DNA from: Camelus dromedarius
Taxonomy: Eukaryota
Direction of reading: 5' to 3'
Length of the DNA stretch: 64,000 nt
Assembly (NCBI RefSeq): GCF_036321535.1
Contig: NC_087437.1
Location: 44,146,001 to 44,210,000 of the forward strand
Position 1 is the first letter of the stretch. Each line of letters begins with the position of its first letter. Below are positions 39,351 to 53,535 of the stretch, piece after piece. The translations under genes were made by a program, and so were the position numbers. The notes beneath the pieces were generated by a model, which saw only the letters and a program-made list of their open reading frames with translations, had not been told where the DNA came from and ran no database searches.

Positions 39351-39456
39351 TAAACATCACAGAATTTTCTTTAAAAAGGAAAGTTTTCTCATGTATGTAA
39401 TATTTTAGTTAAACTTTTAGTTGTAACAAACTTCAAAGGACATTTTTCAATGCAAT

Positions 39457-39659
39457 TTTTTTTTTAAAGACAGTCTCTTCAGCAAATGGTGTTGGGAAAA
39501 CTGGAGAGCTGAATGTGTATCAGTGAAGTTAGAAAACTCCCTCACACCATACGCAAAAATAAACTCAAAGTGGCTTACAGACTTAAACATAAGAGAAGAT
39601 ACTATAAACCTCTTAGAAGGAAACATAGGCAAACATTATCTGACATAAATCTTAGCAAT
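39457..39659 (+). mobile_element. Isolated internal L1 ORF2 fragment preceded by poly(T) and flanked by direct repeats
   Basis: aaagacagtctcttcagcaaatggtgttgggaaaactgg...aaacctcttagaaggaaacatagg; CAATGCAAT at 39448-39456 and 39656-39664. Confidence 0.85.
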
Positions 39660-42139
39660 GCAATATTATTAAAGATGAATTCATTGGACAATCAGTGTCC
39701 CAGTCTGCATGAGTTTGGAGACAAAACAAAAGCCCAAGTCCTTGTAGCTGATTGCCAAGGACTTTGAATTTAGTAGGAGATTACAACTAAGCTATCATAC
39801 ACACATACTCCAATCCTACAATTCCCCACTTTTGGATATTTCTGTGTATGATATTTGATGGAAAGCCTGGGATTTAGCAGAGTCTTATTTTATCTTTTTG
39901 GAACGTTTGAGGTGGAGAAAGATAAAGGAGTTAAGCTTAGTTGCTTTGATAGACTTAAATAAGAAATGAAAATTGCTCTGCTATAGTTTAATGCTATAAA
40001 TTCACTATCGGTTATGGACAAGTTCTAAGCATTCCAGAAAATAAGATAGTATTGGAAATGTGGTATCTGATGGCCTACTTATTAAAATAGAAATGTTTGT
40101 CAAACTTGAATGGTCTAATTGTAAAACTTACAAAATTTTAAAGCAACGAGTTGGATGAATTATTTCATGTAAGATAGTGTGTGTATTGAGGGGTATATTT
40201 TAAAGGATGACAGCGGAGGGGATGTCACACTGTCTTCTGTTTGGTCTTGGTGGTAAAGCTCATTCAGGTGATTTTGAGCTTATCCATAGTAAGGCATCAG
40301 GGCTTTTTGATTAAGAGCCAGATTTTGGAATCAGGCTCTGCTAACTCACCTCTGTCAGTAATGGAACTTGAATGTTAGCTTTCTAAATCTTAGTTTTCCC
40401 GATTTTAAAGTAGAGACAGCTTCATAGAGCTGTTGTGAGTGGTAGAGTCTGTTTTTGAACCCAAGCAGTCTGGTTTTAGGACTTATCCCATTGACTGTAA
40501 TGCTAAACATTCAAGGCACATTTCTTTTAAAAAGACAGCATTCAGATCTTTTTATTAGAGTAATAGGTAAACAAAAATAAGTCAAAAATTATTTAATTGA
40601 TTAAAAATTAAACTGTATCATATGATGAACAATTTTAGGAAAAAAATGTAGCCTAAGTTTTGACACAATCAACCTCAAGATCTTATGATTAGAGTTCATA
40701 TTATATATTACAGTTCATTAAATCAAAGAGGTTAAAAGTGCAAAATAATGTCTATAGAGTCTAATACATACTGTCTAGTATTTTTACCTATATTAGATTT
40801 CATATGTGATATTTTTAGCACTATTTCTGCCTGTTCACCATCCCTGGTACACCTGTGGGGGTAAAGTGTTTCAGGCAATAGTTCTCATTTGAAAATGTAT
40901 TTGTTACATGCTGGGAGCTCTTTTAAAATTAAGAATTTGATTTAATTTTGTTTCAGCAATTACTCCCAATTTTCTAAACGTAAATTAATATCAATCCATA
41001 AGAGGACCAAACACGATTGAATTTTTACATGGCCTATTAAAAAATGTTATGTATTCTTCAAATGATTCTTCATTCCCAATTCTTAATGAATTTAAGCAAG
41101 AACCCAAGAACCTACTGATGAAAAGAAACATAATATCAATGATGGCATATGTGCATTATGCTTACTGTTTTCAAGTACGTTATGCATGTCAAGACAAAAC
41201 ATATATTAAAAATGCTTAGTCACAACTTTAATATAATTATATTGAACACAGAACTGAAATTGAATGCAAATGTAGTGAAACCGTAGCTTTGATTCTTTAA
41301 GATGTTCTTTAATTGTGGTAACGTGGCCCAAAAATATCCCATGAATTTAATTTCAGTCTCTCCAAAATATAATATTTAGTTCACTTGGATACCTCCAGCA
41401 CAACAGAACCTTAGTTACAGACAGTGTGTATAACTATCTTGTCCATTGTAAGCTGTTTATTAAATACTTGGAAAGTCTTTTCTAAATCAAATAAGACTAA
41501 CTATTTGGAGCTTATACTTTATGGTTTAAAAGAAAGTTGCACTTCAATCTCACTTTCATTTGTTTTAGATCTCTTTGTTACTCTTTTTTGAACCATCAAC
41601 TTTAGAGAATTAAAAATAAAGAAAAGCATCAATTGCAGCCTGGCTCTAAAGATATTTGTATTTACTAGACTGATAAAATAAAGATCCTACAGAATTTTCA
41701 TCAAAATTTTCTGAGTTCAACTGATAATTTACTATGTATATTTTAAACTTGAAAATCAAATCGTGTCAAATGTCTTCAAAATGTTTATGTAGTTATATTT
41801 ATACTGTAAAATCTGTATTAAACACTCATAATAAAAATAAAATACACTACTTAACAAATAAACAGAAAGTGGCATATTTTGGAAGCATCCATGGTGATAC
41901 ATAATAATTGTTACTATGTAACATTTGATTTCATGTTAAATAAAGAATGTGGGATGATTATGAAAGCATATCAAATATAATAAATGTATCTTTAATCAGA
42001 ACAATATTTGGCAGGTGATTATTCAGAATAGATTTTTCACTTGTAATTGGATTTAATAATTTTATAAATTGAGTCTAGGAAAGATACTAAGTTTGCTTAC
42101 AGAAATAATAACAATAAAAACACTTAGAAGAATTTGAGA

Positions 42140-42280
42140 GACAGTGTTGCATAATGGAAAACATACATTTTTGGAGGCAGACAGATGTGGGATTGTAACT
42201 CTGCCCTTCATCTTGGTGCAAACTTGAGCAATTTGTTTAATGTTTCTGTACCTAATTTTTCCTTTGTGCATAATGAAAAG
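42140..42280 (+). mobile_element. MIR SINE (5' part)
   Basis: tttggaggcagacagatgtgggattgtaactctgcc...cttgagcaatttgtttaa. Confidence 0.7.
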
Positions 42281-42284
42281 TTAA

Positions 42285-42757
42285 TCCTTGCATCGCTATT
42301 CCTGCATAAGTAACCACCTCAGAACTTAGTGACGTGAAATGGGAAGGCTTCTTACCTGCTCACTAGCCAACAGCTCAGCCAGGTTTGCCTGTGCATCTGC
42401 AGTTGGTTGTGTGGATCAGGTAGGTGATTCTGATGTTCTAGGGTGGTTGACAGGCTGGAGTGTGGTCTAAGATGGCCTCTGCTGGGGCAGCTGGACTGTC
42501 TCTCATGTGGTGACTTATCAACAGGCTAGCCACGGCAGGTTCTCACAGCAGAGAGGAAGCACGTAACGTGTCTTGGAACTGTCATACTGTCAATTCTGCT
42601 GTGTTCTTTTGGTCATAGCAAGTGACAAAATGAGGCCAGATTCAAGGAGTGTGTAACAGACTTTCTTCATGATGGGAGTAGCTATAGAGTTGCATCACAA
42701 AGTATATGAATCAAGGAAGGAGTCAAAATATTTGTCTATTTTTGCAATATGCCATAG
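42285..42757 (-). mobile_element. MaLR LTR (MLT1H/I-like)
   Basis: aagtaaccacctcagaacttagtgac...tctaagatggcctc...aggccagattcaagg...ttttgcaatatgccata. Confidence 0.75.
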
Positions 42758-43849
42758 TCCCTATCTAGCAATTTAATATTACTTCTAGAAGAGTATTTGA
42801 CAGAAATATGTGCTCAGTAAAGTTAATCAATTTAATTAATTTTGGAACCAAGCCACTTAAATACTTACAATATTTTTGTTCCTTTTGTTTTTCTTTTATA
42901 AGTCCTGCGTATATAATTAATCACTTAATTTTTTGTAAGTTCTACTTCTAAAACTGCTTAAGATAACTTGACTTAAATGTAAAATAAATTCAAATATGGA
43001 AATTTTTTATTGTAAGAATTCATGGAAAATATTACCTTTAAAATTTATGTTCTTATAATTTTAAAGGTCAAAACATAGGTTTGGTGGGAAAATACTTTCA
43101 TTCAAAATGCTTGGGAATGGATTGGAACTTTCCACTTATAAATCATTTATTAGTACCTGTTTCATCCTTTCTTTCATTGTGAAAGAAAGGATATCATAAA
43201 TATAAATAGTTTCACCTTAATAAGATAAATTATCTTTTATTATTTTAAACAAACTTTTAGTTTTGAACTAGTTTTAGACTTGCTGAAAAAAATAGGACAT
43301 AGTTCCCATATATCTCCCAACCCCACTTCCTCTAATATTAACAGTGTACCTGGCCACAGTGCAACTTTCAAAACTTGGAAATTCACTTTGGTAAAACACT
43401 ATGAAATAAACTGTAGATCTTATTCAAATTTCATCAATTTTTCCTCTAATGCTTTTTTTTTTTTTTTCTGTTTCAAGTTCCTAGGTGGAAATCTCACATT
43501 TAGTTATTATTTCTCCTTAACCCCTCCAGTTTGAAAAAGTTCCTCACTTTTTCCTCTTCCTTCGTGAACTTGATGCTTTTGAAGAGTGCTGATCAGTTAT
43601 TTTGTAGAAAGTCCCTCAATTTGGATTTGTTTGATTTTTCTCATGGTTGAAATGAAGTGGTGCATTTTTTTCACAGTAATACCACAGAAAAGCTGCTGTG
43701 TCCTCAGTGCATTATTTCAAGTGGTTTAGGATGTCTGTATATCTTCTTGCTGATAGTATTAACCTGATCACTTGGCAGAACGGATCTGTAAGGATTTGTG
43801 TATAAAGTTACTATAGAGTTACTATCTTTCCCTTTTTAATCAGTAACTA

Positions 43850-44001
43850 CATTGGGCCCCTCCGTATGCAGGTTTCTAGGAACCCATGGATATGGAAAGC
43901 CCATTGTATTAAGCCATTTTACATAAGGGACTTGAGCATCCACAGATTTTGGTGTCTGTGGGTCCTGGAATTAACGCCTCTTGGATAGCAAGGGACAACT
44001 G
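43850..44001 (-). mobile_element. MER2-like TcMar-Tigger MITE
   Basis: TA-flanked on both sides; ccattttacataagggacttgagcatccacagattttgg...aagggacaactg. Confidence 0.85.
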
Positions 44002-44360
44002 TACCTTGGGGAAATACTTAGAGATGATGCAACTTCCAGGTCCTAGTTTCTAAACATCATTCTGCAATAAAAGAACAAGGACTCCTTGGAAAAGTAGTTG
44101 ATTCCGGATGGGACAAGGTAACTACAAGATGAACCTGAAACATCTTGTGAGAGAGTTTAGGAGAGTGCTCAAAAAAGGTAGGGGTTGTCAGAAAAGTACG
44201 GAAGCCAAACAGAATCAGCTCCTGATGGCTGAAGCTGAAACAATTTGAACAACAAAATAAATGATAGCTTTGGATATTAATCCATAGTACTAAATATACA
44301 TCCATGAGTTCATACTGATATACATATGGAATTGAGTAAATTAATATTATTCAAAGGGGA

Positions 44361-44733
44361 TGTCTTAGCTTAGGCTACTTTAACAAAATACCATGGATTG
44401 TGTGGCATAAGTAGCAGACATTGGTTTCACACAGTTCTGGAGATGGAGAAGTCCAAGATCAGGGTGCCAGCGTGGTTGAGTTCTGATGAAAGCTGTCTTC
44501 TTAGCTTGTGGACAGCTGCCTTCTTGCTATGTCTTCCCATGGGGATAGAAAGAGAGCTCTTGAGTCCCTTCTTTTTCTTAATAAGGTCACTAATCTTATC
44601 ATGAGGATACCCCTCTCCTGCCCTCATCTAAACCTAATTTCCTCCTAAAGTCCTCCCCACCAAGTACTATCATATTGGGGCTTCAGATTTCAACAAAGGA
44701 ATTTGTGGGGATATAAATATTCAGTCTATAACC
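44361..44733 (-). mobile_element. MaLR solo LTR (MLT1A-like)
   Basis: tgtcttagcttaggct...cacagttctggagatggagaagtccaagatcagggtgccagc...ttcagtctataac; homologous to 8957-9343. Confidence 0.88.
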
Positions 44734-45929
44734 GTAGAGATGGGGCAGGCATTCCTTATGGTAGAATTCGGATTAATAAAAGTAGAAGGATGGGGGAAAT
44801 AAACAATCACCATTAGGAAGACAACATAGTCATGATATTTGTCCACTGATGGATCTTAAAATTAGTGAGCCAAACTTTGAGGAGAGACAGGATTTATATA
44901 GTATCTTAGATTTGAAAAACCAATAAAAGTCATCTTCTAAAACATAGCAGTGTTTCTTTTTCTACACTTTTCTTATCACATATCCAGATGCCATCATTTT
45001 TCAGTGCCGTATTCTCAAATAAAGAGAGGAAATCATTCTAACTTTTTGTTTAATTGCGGTCTCTGGCTAGGTGCAGAGGTATAGAACAACAACAACAAAA
45101 AATCAGTTTCTTTCAGTGCTTTCAACACTGTCTTCTATAGTTTTGTTAGCTTGGCACAGGTGTACAATACAAAACGTCAATTTGTGCTATCTTTCAGAAG
45201 TTCACCAGTTCAAAAACGCCCATGCCCTGTCCTGTGGCAGAGTGATTATTAGAGGAACACATGCTGTAATGATCTTTATAAATCTAACCAACTGTGCATG
45301 GCATTAAGGCTTGGGACTAGATTTGTAAAAGCCGTGTCAAATGGAGAAAAACACATAATGATGTCTTATTTGTTCCAGAACATTCTGTGCTTTGTTACAT
45401 ATTTTTTGAGTAGAGGAGGTAGAAACATCCTAAAAATTAAAAGCCGATACCCATAGTCATTGTTATATTGTCCATGTATTATGTCTCCTTTATTTAAATC
45501 ACTTTAAACCTCAAAATGTAAGAGCTTGGAGGATGCTGTAAGTCATTCAGCTCAACGTGTTCATTTAGCAGATATGAAAGAGCACAGAGCTTAAGGAACT
45601 TACGAGATTTGCTATGGTCTTACTCTTCCTTAAAGTGCATGGCAATCTAATCATGGTTAAAGAAGTCTGACTTACTTAGAAGAGATGCACAGCTTTATTT
45701 TCAGAATTAGTTCTTAGCTAACAAACTGAATAGCAAACTGCTAATGATAATTTTGTAACAGCCAATTTTAATACTTAGCTCATCAAATTATAAAGCATAG
45801 TTGAATTATAATGCTCACAGCTTACTATAAAATTGTAACTGTAATAAAAGGGTTAGAAATAGGTAGTTGTGAGAAAAATATCTATTTCATTTGTGAGAGT
45901 AATAGTTTGAAATAATAATGCTTAAATCC

Positions 45930-46385
45930 AAATAACATTGTCTTTGCATATTCCTTTATTCATAGATGATTAGTTAAAATGTACAATGAAAAATGAAACT
46001 CATAAGTTCCCTTGTCCATGTAGAACTTATAGTCAAATGGAGAAACATGAAAAAGAAGCAGATAATTAAATATTTACTTTTAAAAGCTGTTATATGGGAG
46101 ATGTGTGTCTGCTACAAGATAGCATTTGATCTGAGATGGACTGAAAAAATAAAGGAGTCAGTCCCAGGTGGCTAGAGCCAGCATTCCAAGGAGGGCAGCA
46201 TGGGTACTGAGGGACTAAGTCTGGAAAGAGGCAGTGAGTTGGAATACGGGGGTTAGAGGGGAGAGGGTTTGTGGTAGGCCAACGGAAAGAGTTTGAATTT
46301 TATTTCAAGTGTAGTGGGAAACCATTGAAGGATTTTAGTGAAGGGACTTTTATGTATGTTTTTAAAGAATTAGTCTTATGGCTGT
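45930..46385 (-). mobile_element. L2 fragment
   Basis: gagtttgaattttatttcaagtgtagtgggaaaccattgaaggatttt. Confidence 0.7.
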
Positions 46386-48029
46386 CCCAGAGGAAATGAT
46401 AAATGGTACAGCCCATAAAAGTGCTCGGGTATGTTCTTCACCTTTTCACTTTTTTGACCTTTATTATCCTCCTCCTCCAAAAATTGTAGAATTATGCTTG
46501 TAGACTTGTGAATGAAGAGCTGTATGGCTTTAAATCATCCTTTTAAGTATTATGTATTAATATATATGTAAGAATGCTAGTGTGTATGACACTTGCATGA
46601 CACTATGATCATACAAATACATGTGATGCGTATCATATATATCATTCTGAAGATCAAGTAATTGTATTTTTGCTACAATTTGAGAAAAATACCTTCATCC
46701 CTTTCAATAATTCATTCCGTCAACACCATCAGACCACGTACAGGGTGGATTTACTGTCCTTGATTTTTTTTTTTTTTTTTTTTTGCTTTACAAAATGTTT
46801 TATCTACGCAGATAAGCAGGCCCATCTAAGTTGTAACCTCGTCCCTTTTTGCTAACTGCTTGTGTAACCTTGGTTGAGCTAATTAATGTTTTTTTGAGAT
46901 CTCTTAGCCTTTCTGTGAAATGGTACCTACTTCAACAAAGAATCAATGACATAATACATGTAAATAATTAAATGTGCCTAGCATATAGTATGCATCCCAT
47001 AATATCATTTTAAAATTTATTATAGATTGCTATAATGAAATATTTTCACTTTGATTTTTGCTCTATCTTTGCTTTACTGAAAACCATCTTTGTTTCTCTC
47101 TTAGTGCACTTTGCATAGATCTCTGTAAGCTCATCTTTCCTGCCTACTGAGAAGTCTGCATTTGGTATCCAGCAAGGACACAAGTGAGGGAGGGCTCATG
47201 TCAACTTAGAATGTAAAAGAAACCGACTAAACAACATTACTTAATTGTATTGCCTAATTTTAAAAATAAACAGAATGTGGAAGGTCAAGAGCAAGGTCAG
47301 TTGGAACATTCCATAGAAAGAATTGATATGGCGGGTTTATTTTTTAGATTCTACTTCCTATAATATTTTTTAAAAATTGTTTGTATAATATACACCTAGT
47401 ATAGTTTTATTGACACTACTTACATGTAACTGTAACTTAGAGGGACTGTGAGTAATTCTTTCCAGAAAAGGTAGGGGTGGTTATTATTGTTATTTCTGTT
47501 GTTTTCATTACTTGGATATTCATCAAATTTCATTGTTTTGTCTTGGAGATAACCTTAATCAAAGCTTTCCCTAAACCTTTAACCAAAATGGAAGAATCAA
47601 AATGTATGAACAGCTTTTAAAAAGTACACTATGTAGTGCACCTTATACACTAAATAGAATAATTATTTGGTGTCTCCTTTAAGAAAAATGAATACTTTAA
47701 ATGCTCTTTGTATATATTACATTTATCATTAAATTAAATAGAATCACATTTAATCTAACAAAATACCTAATATGGTGTTGGGTTCTTAGTGAAAGATAGT
47801 TATTTTCTCACACTTTGAAGGGGACAGTTTTACATAAATGATGTATGTTACTTCCATTAAATAGGTATTTAATCAATCAAAATACGTTTGTTGACTGTAG
47901 GACTATGCGTGTTTACCACCTAAAACCATGTGATCACCAGTAATCAGTGGCCAATCCATAGTTTGGGAAATAATATTTAGGTGATAAAAATTACAATTCA
48001 TGTAAAATAATATACAGTGCAATATAAAA

Positions 48030-48272
48030 TAAAGGTTAAGATCATGGGTTCTGATACTCAACTAGTTGGGTCTGACTCCTGTTTCTACAAACCCAGGAGC
48101 TTTGTGACCTTGAGGAAGTCACATAACATCTCACTTACTAATGCATAAAGTAAGAAGTGTACTAAACTTATCTCATAAAATTATTATGGGAATTAAATGA
48201 GCTGAATTGTGTAAAACAATTCGATTAATTTCTGGTACTAAAGTAAAGGTCCTATAGCATTTGCTGTTATTA
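48030..48272 (+). mobile_element. MIR SINE
   Basis: ggttaagatcatgggttctg...gctttgtgaccttgaggaagtcac...gaattaaatgag. Confidence 0.8.
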
Positions 48273-50349
48273 TTAAAGACTTATTTGATTCTGTCAAATA
48301 GAAAATGTGAAGAGGGGTTTATTATCAGAATGCAGGGGAAAGAAACAAATCACTGTGGGATATCCACATGGCAGTGCCAGGATGTTCAGTAGCTCTTTAA
48401 GGGTAGATCTAATTTATATTTGCTGGGTCATAAGAGCAAAGATGTGGAGTTAGAAATTTGGAAAATGTTTTGGATACAGTGAGAATATTGATTAGAACAG
48501 AGTATAATATTCTCACAAGTGTGTAGTGAAGGAAGAGGTGTGAAAACCAGGTTGACTTGTCCCTCTGTTGTGAGGAATTATGGCCTGAACAAATGGCTAG
48601 CCTGTGAGATAAGGTGACTTCTACTACATGATGATTTGTTATCTGTTTTTGCCTTGAATTTTGTCATTCAAGAGTTTAGACTTATTTAATCGTGTAGAAA
48701 TGATCAAGGACACTCAAAGGGCTTCAAAATTTTTATGTATTTTTAATAGGTGAAATCAATTCAGTGGCGGCAGAGTTTTGTGTTGAGATGAGTTTTTCTT
48801 CTGGTAGTATTTTAAACATGTTCACTGGTGTCAAAGTTTTACAACTTATTGGAAACTATAAAGATGAAAAATTATTTTTGTAATTTTGAACCCCGATGGA
48901 GGTATGCAGTGCAACTTACAGGCCCTTTCACCAGAACTGCTGAGTACAACGTTTCATTGCTTTCCCCCCAGGGGTTGCTGCATTATCTGTTAGGATATAT
49001 CTAACAGCATATCATTAACCAGGCACCATCAGATCATCAAAACAAAGAAACTGCTGAAGCTGAATTAGATGTTCTCACTCTAGTAATGAGCATGGTGACA
49101 CTCTATAAAATCAAGACAGTAACAACAACATAGAAAGCCCAGGCTAATTTCCTGTATTTCCAAACATTAGATTATTAACTTTATTTGGTCATCCTGGTTT
49201 AATTTTTTTCTGTATCTGTTCAGGTATGGAAACCACTGGCTGAGAAAGATACGTACAGAGGTGATCAAAATACAAATTAAGTCTACTGAAATGTAATGGC
49301 ATTCAAATGAACAGTCGTTGGGCATATTATTTTAGTACTGATTGGAGAATTGCTGGGCTTCCTTAGCTTCTCCCTTCCTTAATAAACCCTGCTGGATACT
49401 GGAGTGTTTCTGATGCTCCACTGGCATGGTTTGTAAGCAACATAATACTGTAGAGTTCTCTATTTTTGGTGAATTTTGCATAAACTTTAGTATTGCTTAA
49501 AATTCCCAAGATTTAATTTTGTGACTATGATTTATAGTAATAAATTTAAGGTCACCTTTAGCGTTATGTGTTATCTAGAAAGCATTACTTTGAAATTTGT
49601 AATGGAAAAGATTATCTGCCTATTGGCTCTGCTGAATCTTGGTGACTTTTTGCTCTTCTAATTAAGGGTACTTCTATTAAATAATAAGTTAGTTTCTCTT
49701 TGAAGAGGGAATTATTTGGAACTTCAGTTTTCTACAGTCAGTCTTTTCTTCCCATGGTGCAGATGCTTCTTTTGCAGATCCTCAATAATTGAAAAATTTT
49801 TTTTCTATGTTGAGCTATTCTTTCTTTCACGAGCTCCTGTTACAAACAGATCTTCCAGTTTCTTCTGGGAATCTCTTTATGTTCTTGGGAGCATGCAATT
49901 ATTAAACTATATTAAGTTTTTGAAAAGATGAATCCTATCTTCTCATTGTATATCCTGACACTTTGTTCATTTTTATAGATTTTAGACCAACTGTGTTGTT
50001 TTTTTTTTTTTCCCCAAAGCTTCATCACAAAGTTACTTTCTTCAGGAACAATCATCTACATAATGAAGTCTTAACAACCCCAAAAGCTATTGAAATAGTT
50101 CAGTTAAAATTTGGTTGTTTGCTGTGTATGTATCTTCTCTAAATAGACAACCATTTTGCCCTATGAGTTAGAGTAACTGATGTTATTCAAAGATATTTGC
50201 TCTAGGATATTTTTAATTTTTAAAGAGAAACAAACTCCCAAATGCTATGAATATGTTTTCTTTCAGTGACACTGAACTGGTACACTGAATTGAATACACT
50301 GAATTGATACAGTGTGCATATTCTAATCTGTGGTTTGGTGAACAACATT

Positions 50350-50605
50350 TGGGCTTGGGAATTAAATATAACTGGGTGCTAGCATTTAAAACGTTTTCTA
50401 GTCTTGGCCATATATTTAACCTCTTTACACTTCTATGATGTGAGACCTTAGGCAAGTTTCTTAACCATTCTGAATCTCAGTTTCCCAATTCTTGAAATTA
50501 CAATAAATACATGTTATAGCTGAAATAATGATTAAGACACTACCTTAACTAAATGTATCATAAACTACTTTGCATTCTGCCTGACACAGAAACATGCAAC
50601 AATCA
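50350..50605 (+). mobile_element. MIR SINE
   Basis: gtgagaccttaggcaagtttcttaaccattctgaatctcagtttccc. Confidence 0.7.
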
Positions 50606-50764
50606 ACAACTGTCACTCCGATTATTCAACGAATATATATTTAGTTCTAATACTACTTCTGTTTCTAGTGACAACAACAACAATAATCTACCTCCTGCTT
50701 TTAGCAACAACAGTAAGCTTTCTCAGCCTTTACTGTGCAATGACTCTTTGGGGAGCTTTCTTTA

Positions 50765-50958
50765 AAATATATACACATGCATATATATATATATTTATAT
50801 ATATATATATATAAATGTATTTATATATAATAATTAAAATATATAATATATATTACATATGTAAATATAATATAAATATATATAACATATAATAAATATA
50901 TATATGGAGAGAGTATATATCTATCTATATATAGAGAGAGAGATATGGAGAGAGAGAT
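50765..50958. repeat. (TA)n-rich low-complexity tract ending in (GA)n
   Basis: Directly visible. Confidence 0.95.
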
Positions 50959-51194
50959 TGATTTCATAACCAAGTGATTCAGATGGATTACAAGTAATAT
51001 GGATAAAGAAGTACCGTTTTTAACTATTAATCCAAATGGCTTTATATTGGTAGCTCTCATATCTCACTTCAGGAAACTCAATCTAGAGTAATAAATTAAT
51101 TCTTCAGAAATATTTTCAGTTTCTTTTTTAATAAGAACAATAACATCACAAAGCTTTAGGTATTATTCTATAATAAAAATGATATATTAGGTTT

Positions 51195-51380
51195 AGTCAT
51201 TCAAAAATATTTATTAAGTACCAACTATGTGACAAGCATTGTGTTAGGTACTAAGGAAATAGTACTCAACAAGAAAAACATTACCCTTGTTCCAAAGAAT
51301 ATACAAGCTGGTGGAAAAGATAACTGAAAAGTAATAGAAAATACAGCTTAAAGAACATGATGATAGGAAAGTACAGGACA
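51195..51380 (-). mobile_element. L2 3' end
   Basis: tcattcaaaaatatttattaagtaccaactatgtgacaagcattgtgttagg. Confidence 0.8.
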
Positions 51381-53234
51381 TTTTCTTATGATCTTAAGTC
51401 TTTTACCTGCCATCCTTTTTGGTAGAGCATTGATAAGGTTCATAGAAAGACATTCCCACATAAATGCAGGTACTGTATGCACTGTGCAAGAACACTAATA
51501 TATTTTTTAAATGAGTACTGCAGATGCACTGCCCTGCCTCGCATAAGACTAAGGTCTTGCTTTCCCATTTCCAGGGTATTGGCTTATTCAACTTCCAATG
51601 TTTCTAAGACCAAAAAGATCCACACACTCAAAGGGTTCTTCTGTAAAGTTAATTTCATACTATTGTTCATGTAGAGTTTGGAATATCAACTGCCAAAGGT
51701 GTTCACTTCCACGTATGAAATTGCTCTACCTGACTAAGCGCCTCTCCAGTGGAGTGGCTGTAGAGCAGTATTCACAAGGGATGATCTTGCGGTTGCCTGG
51801 GTGTGCTTTGCAGATGTTGGGTGCCTACAGCAGATACGTCAAACTTTCTCACCTTCATGCAGAATGAAAATATGGTTCATAATAAATATTCTGGTCCATG
51901 TATGTTTGACACAAACTGCTAACAATTGAGAAGGAAAACAAACAAAATCTCAGAGATATACTAGCTATTTCTATTATCTTCTGTAGACCACTTTGATCTT
52001 ACCATTTTAGTCCCCTATTTCAAAATTTTCAATTGATTGATAGTAGTGGAGGTCATATGGGGAAATAACCTGGGAAAATTTTAACTTTTGTACTATACAC
52101 ATATAGACTCACAAACACACACCCATCACCTGTAGTTTGTGACTTGGAAACTTTTGAGTAACGGTAAATACTGGATTTTCAGTTGTTCACCTTTCAGTAT
52201 GTTATTGTGTTCTTTTATGTTTTCTTCTCTAGTGAGTACTCTATATAAAATATCTCTTCTGGTGTACAAACTAGCTAATGGGAAATAATACTGCAGTGTG
52301 AGTTAAGGAATGGTGTTCTACTTGAATCTCAAGTTTAATGATCACTTCTAACATATATTTTTCATAAAAGTATAAAATTAATAGACGTCTAGGAAGTGTG
52401 CTAAGTCCAGCAAATTTACAAAATAGAGATAATATATTTTGGATCATTGCCATGTTATTACTGCTTTTCATGTCCTGTATATCTTTTCCCATAATGATGG
52501 TGGGACAATGATTATTTATTTTGCAAAAACAATATACAGAAAAGCAATGCTGCATAACCTGATGCTGTTGTGATTGATGAGTTATATTCTGGGGGAAACT
52601 GTGCTCTGATGGTTGAAAAGCTAATTAATGCTTTGGTAACTCATATTTCTTTAAACCTAAGGGTGACTAGTCACTGTCAGACTATTTGGTGGGGAATAGA
52701 GGGAGAAACATTTTTATATGTGTTTCTCACTTCATAGAGATGGTATTTTGGAACTGACTAGTTTTAAAATATTTTTCTCCATTCCAGAAAAAATCAAGGG
52801 GATTATTACTTTGCATTCTGCATGTACATCAGAGAAGAATTAGTCCTCCTGGAGTAGTCTTGAATTGTTTAGGGTCCAAAATACCTACCTTGGATACGAT
52901 ATTTTGTTATAAAAGTCCCATGACTTGTTTCCTCGCATGCTTAATGTAGCTAATTTTTAAATGAAAGTCAAAAATAAGTGAATTTGAAAATCAAGCAACC
53001 GTAATAAGAGCTACCTGCTTGCTAAACATCTCTTGATAAATTTAGACGGGAGCAAGGTTCTAATGTTAAAGCTCATCTCAAAACAGAAGATAAGCTACTA
53101 TTAAGATTGCCTTGGCAATACTTTAATCAGGTTTCACATAATTTTAGGACCAAATATTCAGTAGTTTTTGTTACTCTTTTTGTTTTTAATTCACTTACAA
53201 GTGCTCTTCAAAGTCTACGGAATGACTCTAAAGC

Positions 53235-53340
53235 AGATGTCAGCAAACTACAGCCCACAGGCCAAATCCATCCTGATGCCTGTTTTTGCAAATTATTTTT
53301 ATTAGCACATAGTCACACCCATTTGTTATTCATTGTCTGT
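53235..53340 (+). mobile_element. MER58A-like hAT fragment (5' half)
   Basis: cagatgtcagcaaactacagcccacaggccaaatcc...cacacccatttgtt. Confidence 0.8.
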
Positions 53341-53535
53341 GGAGCTGGAGAGAGGGATAGCTTGCAAAGGGACCTAAGAAAGCTTGTGAGGGTGGTCGAA
53401 ATCTTCGTCCTGATTGTGATGAGGATTTCATGGGTACAAACAGATGTCAACACTGACCCAATTGTTCATATTAAACACGGACAGGTCAGTGTCCTTCACT
53501 TATACCCCGCAAAGTTGAAAATTTTTTTAAAAAAG
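53341..53535 (+). mobile_element. Old L1M 3' terminal fragment
   Basis: gcaaagggac...cctgattgtgatgaggatttcatgggtaca...ttataccccgcaaagttg. Confidence 0.7.

Larger units (their letters stand above)
43240..44910. mobile_element. Old L1MB/MC 3' region in two opposite orientations (minus to ~44030, plus from ~44060), interrupted by MER2-like and MLT1 elements
   Basis: Antisense L1M motifs (ttttgtagaaagtccctcaatttggatttgtttga) on the left; sense motifs (aagctgaaacaatttgaacaacaaaataaatgatag) on the right. Confidence 0.65.
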
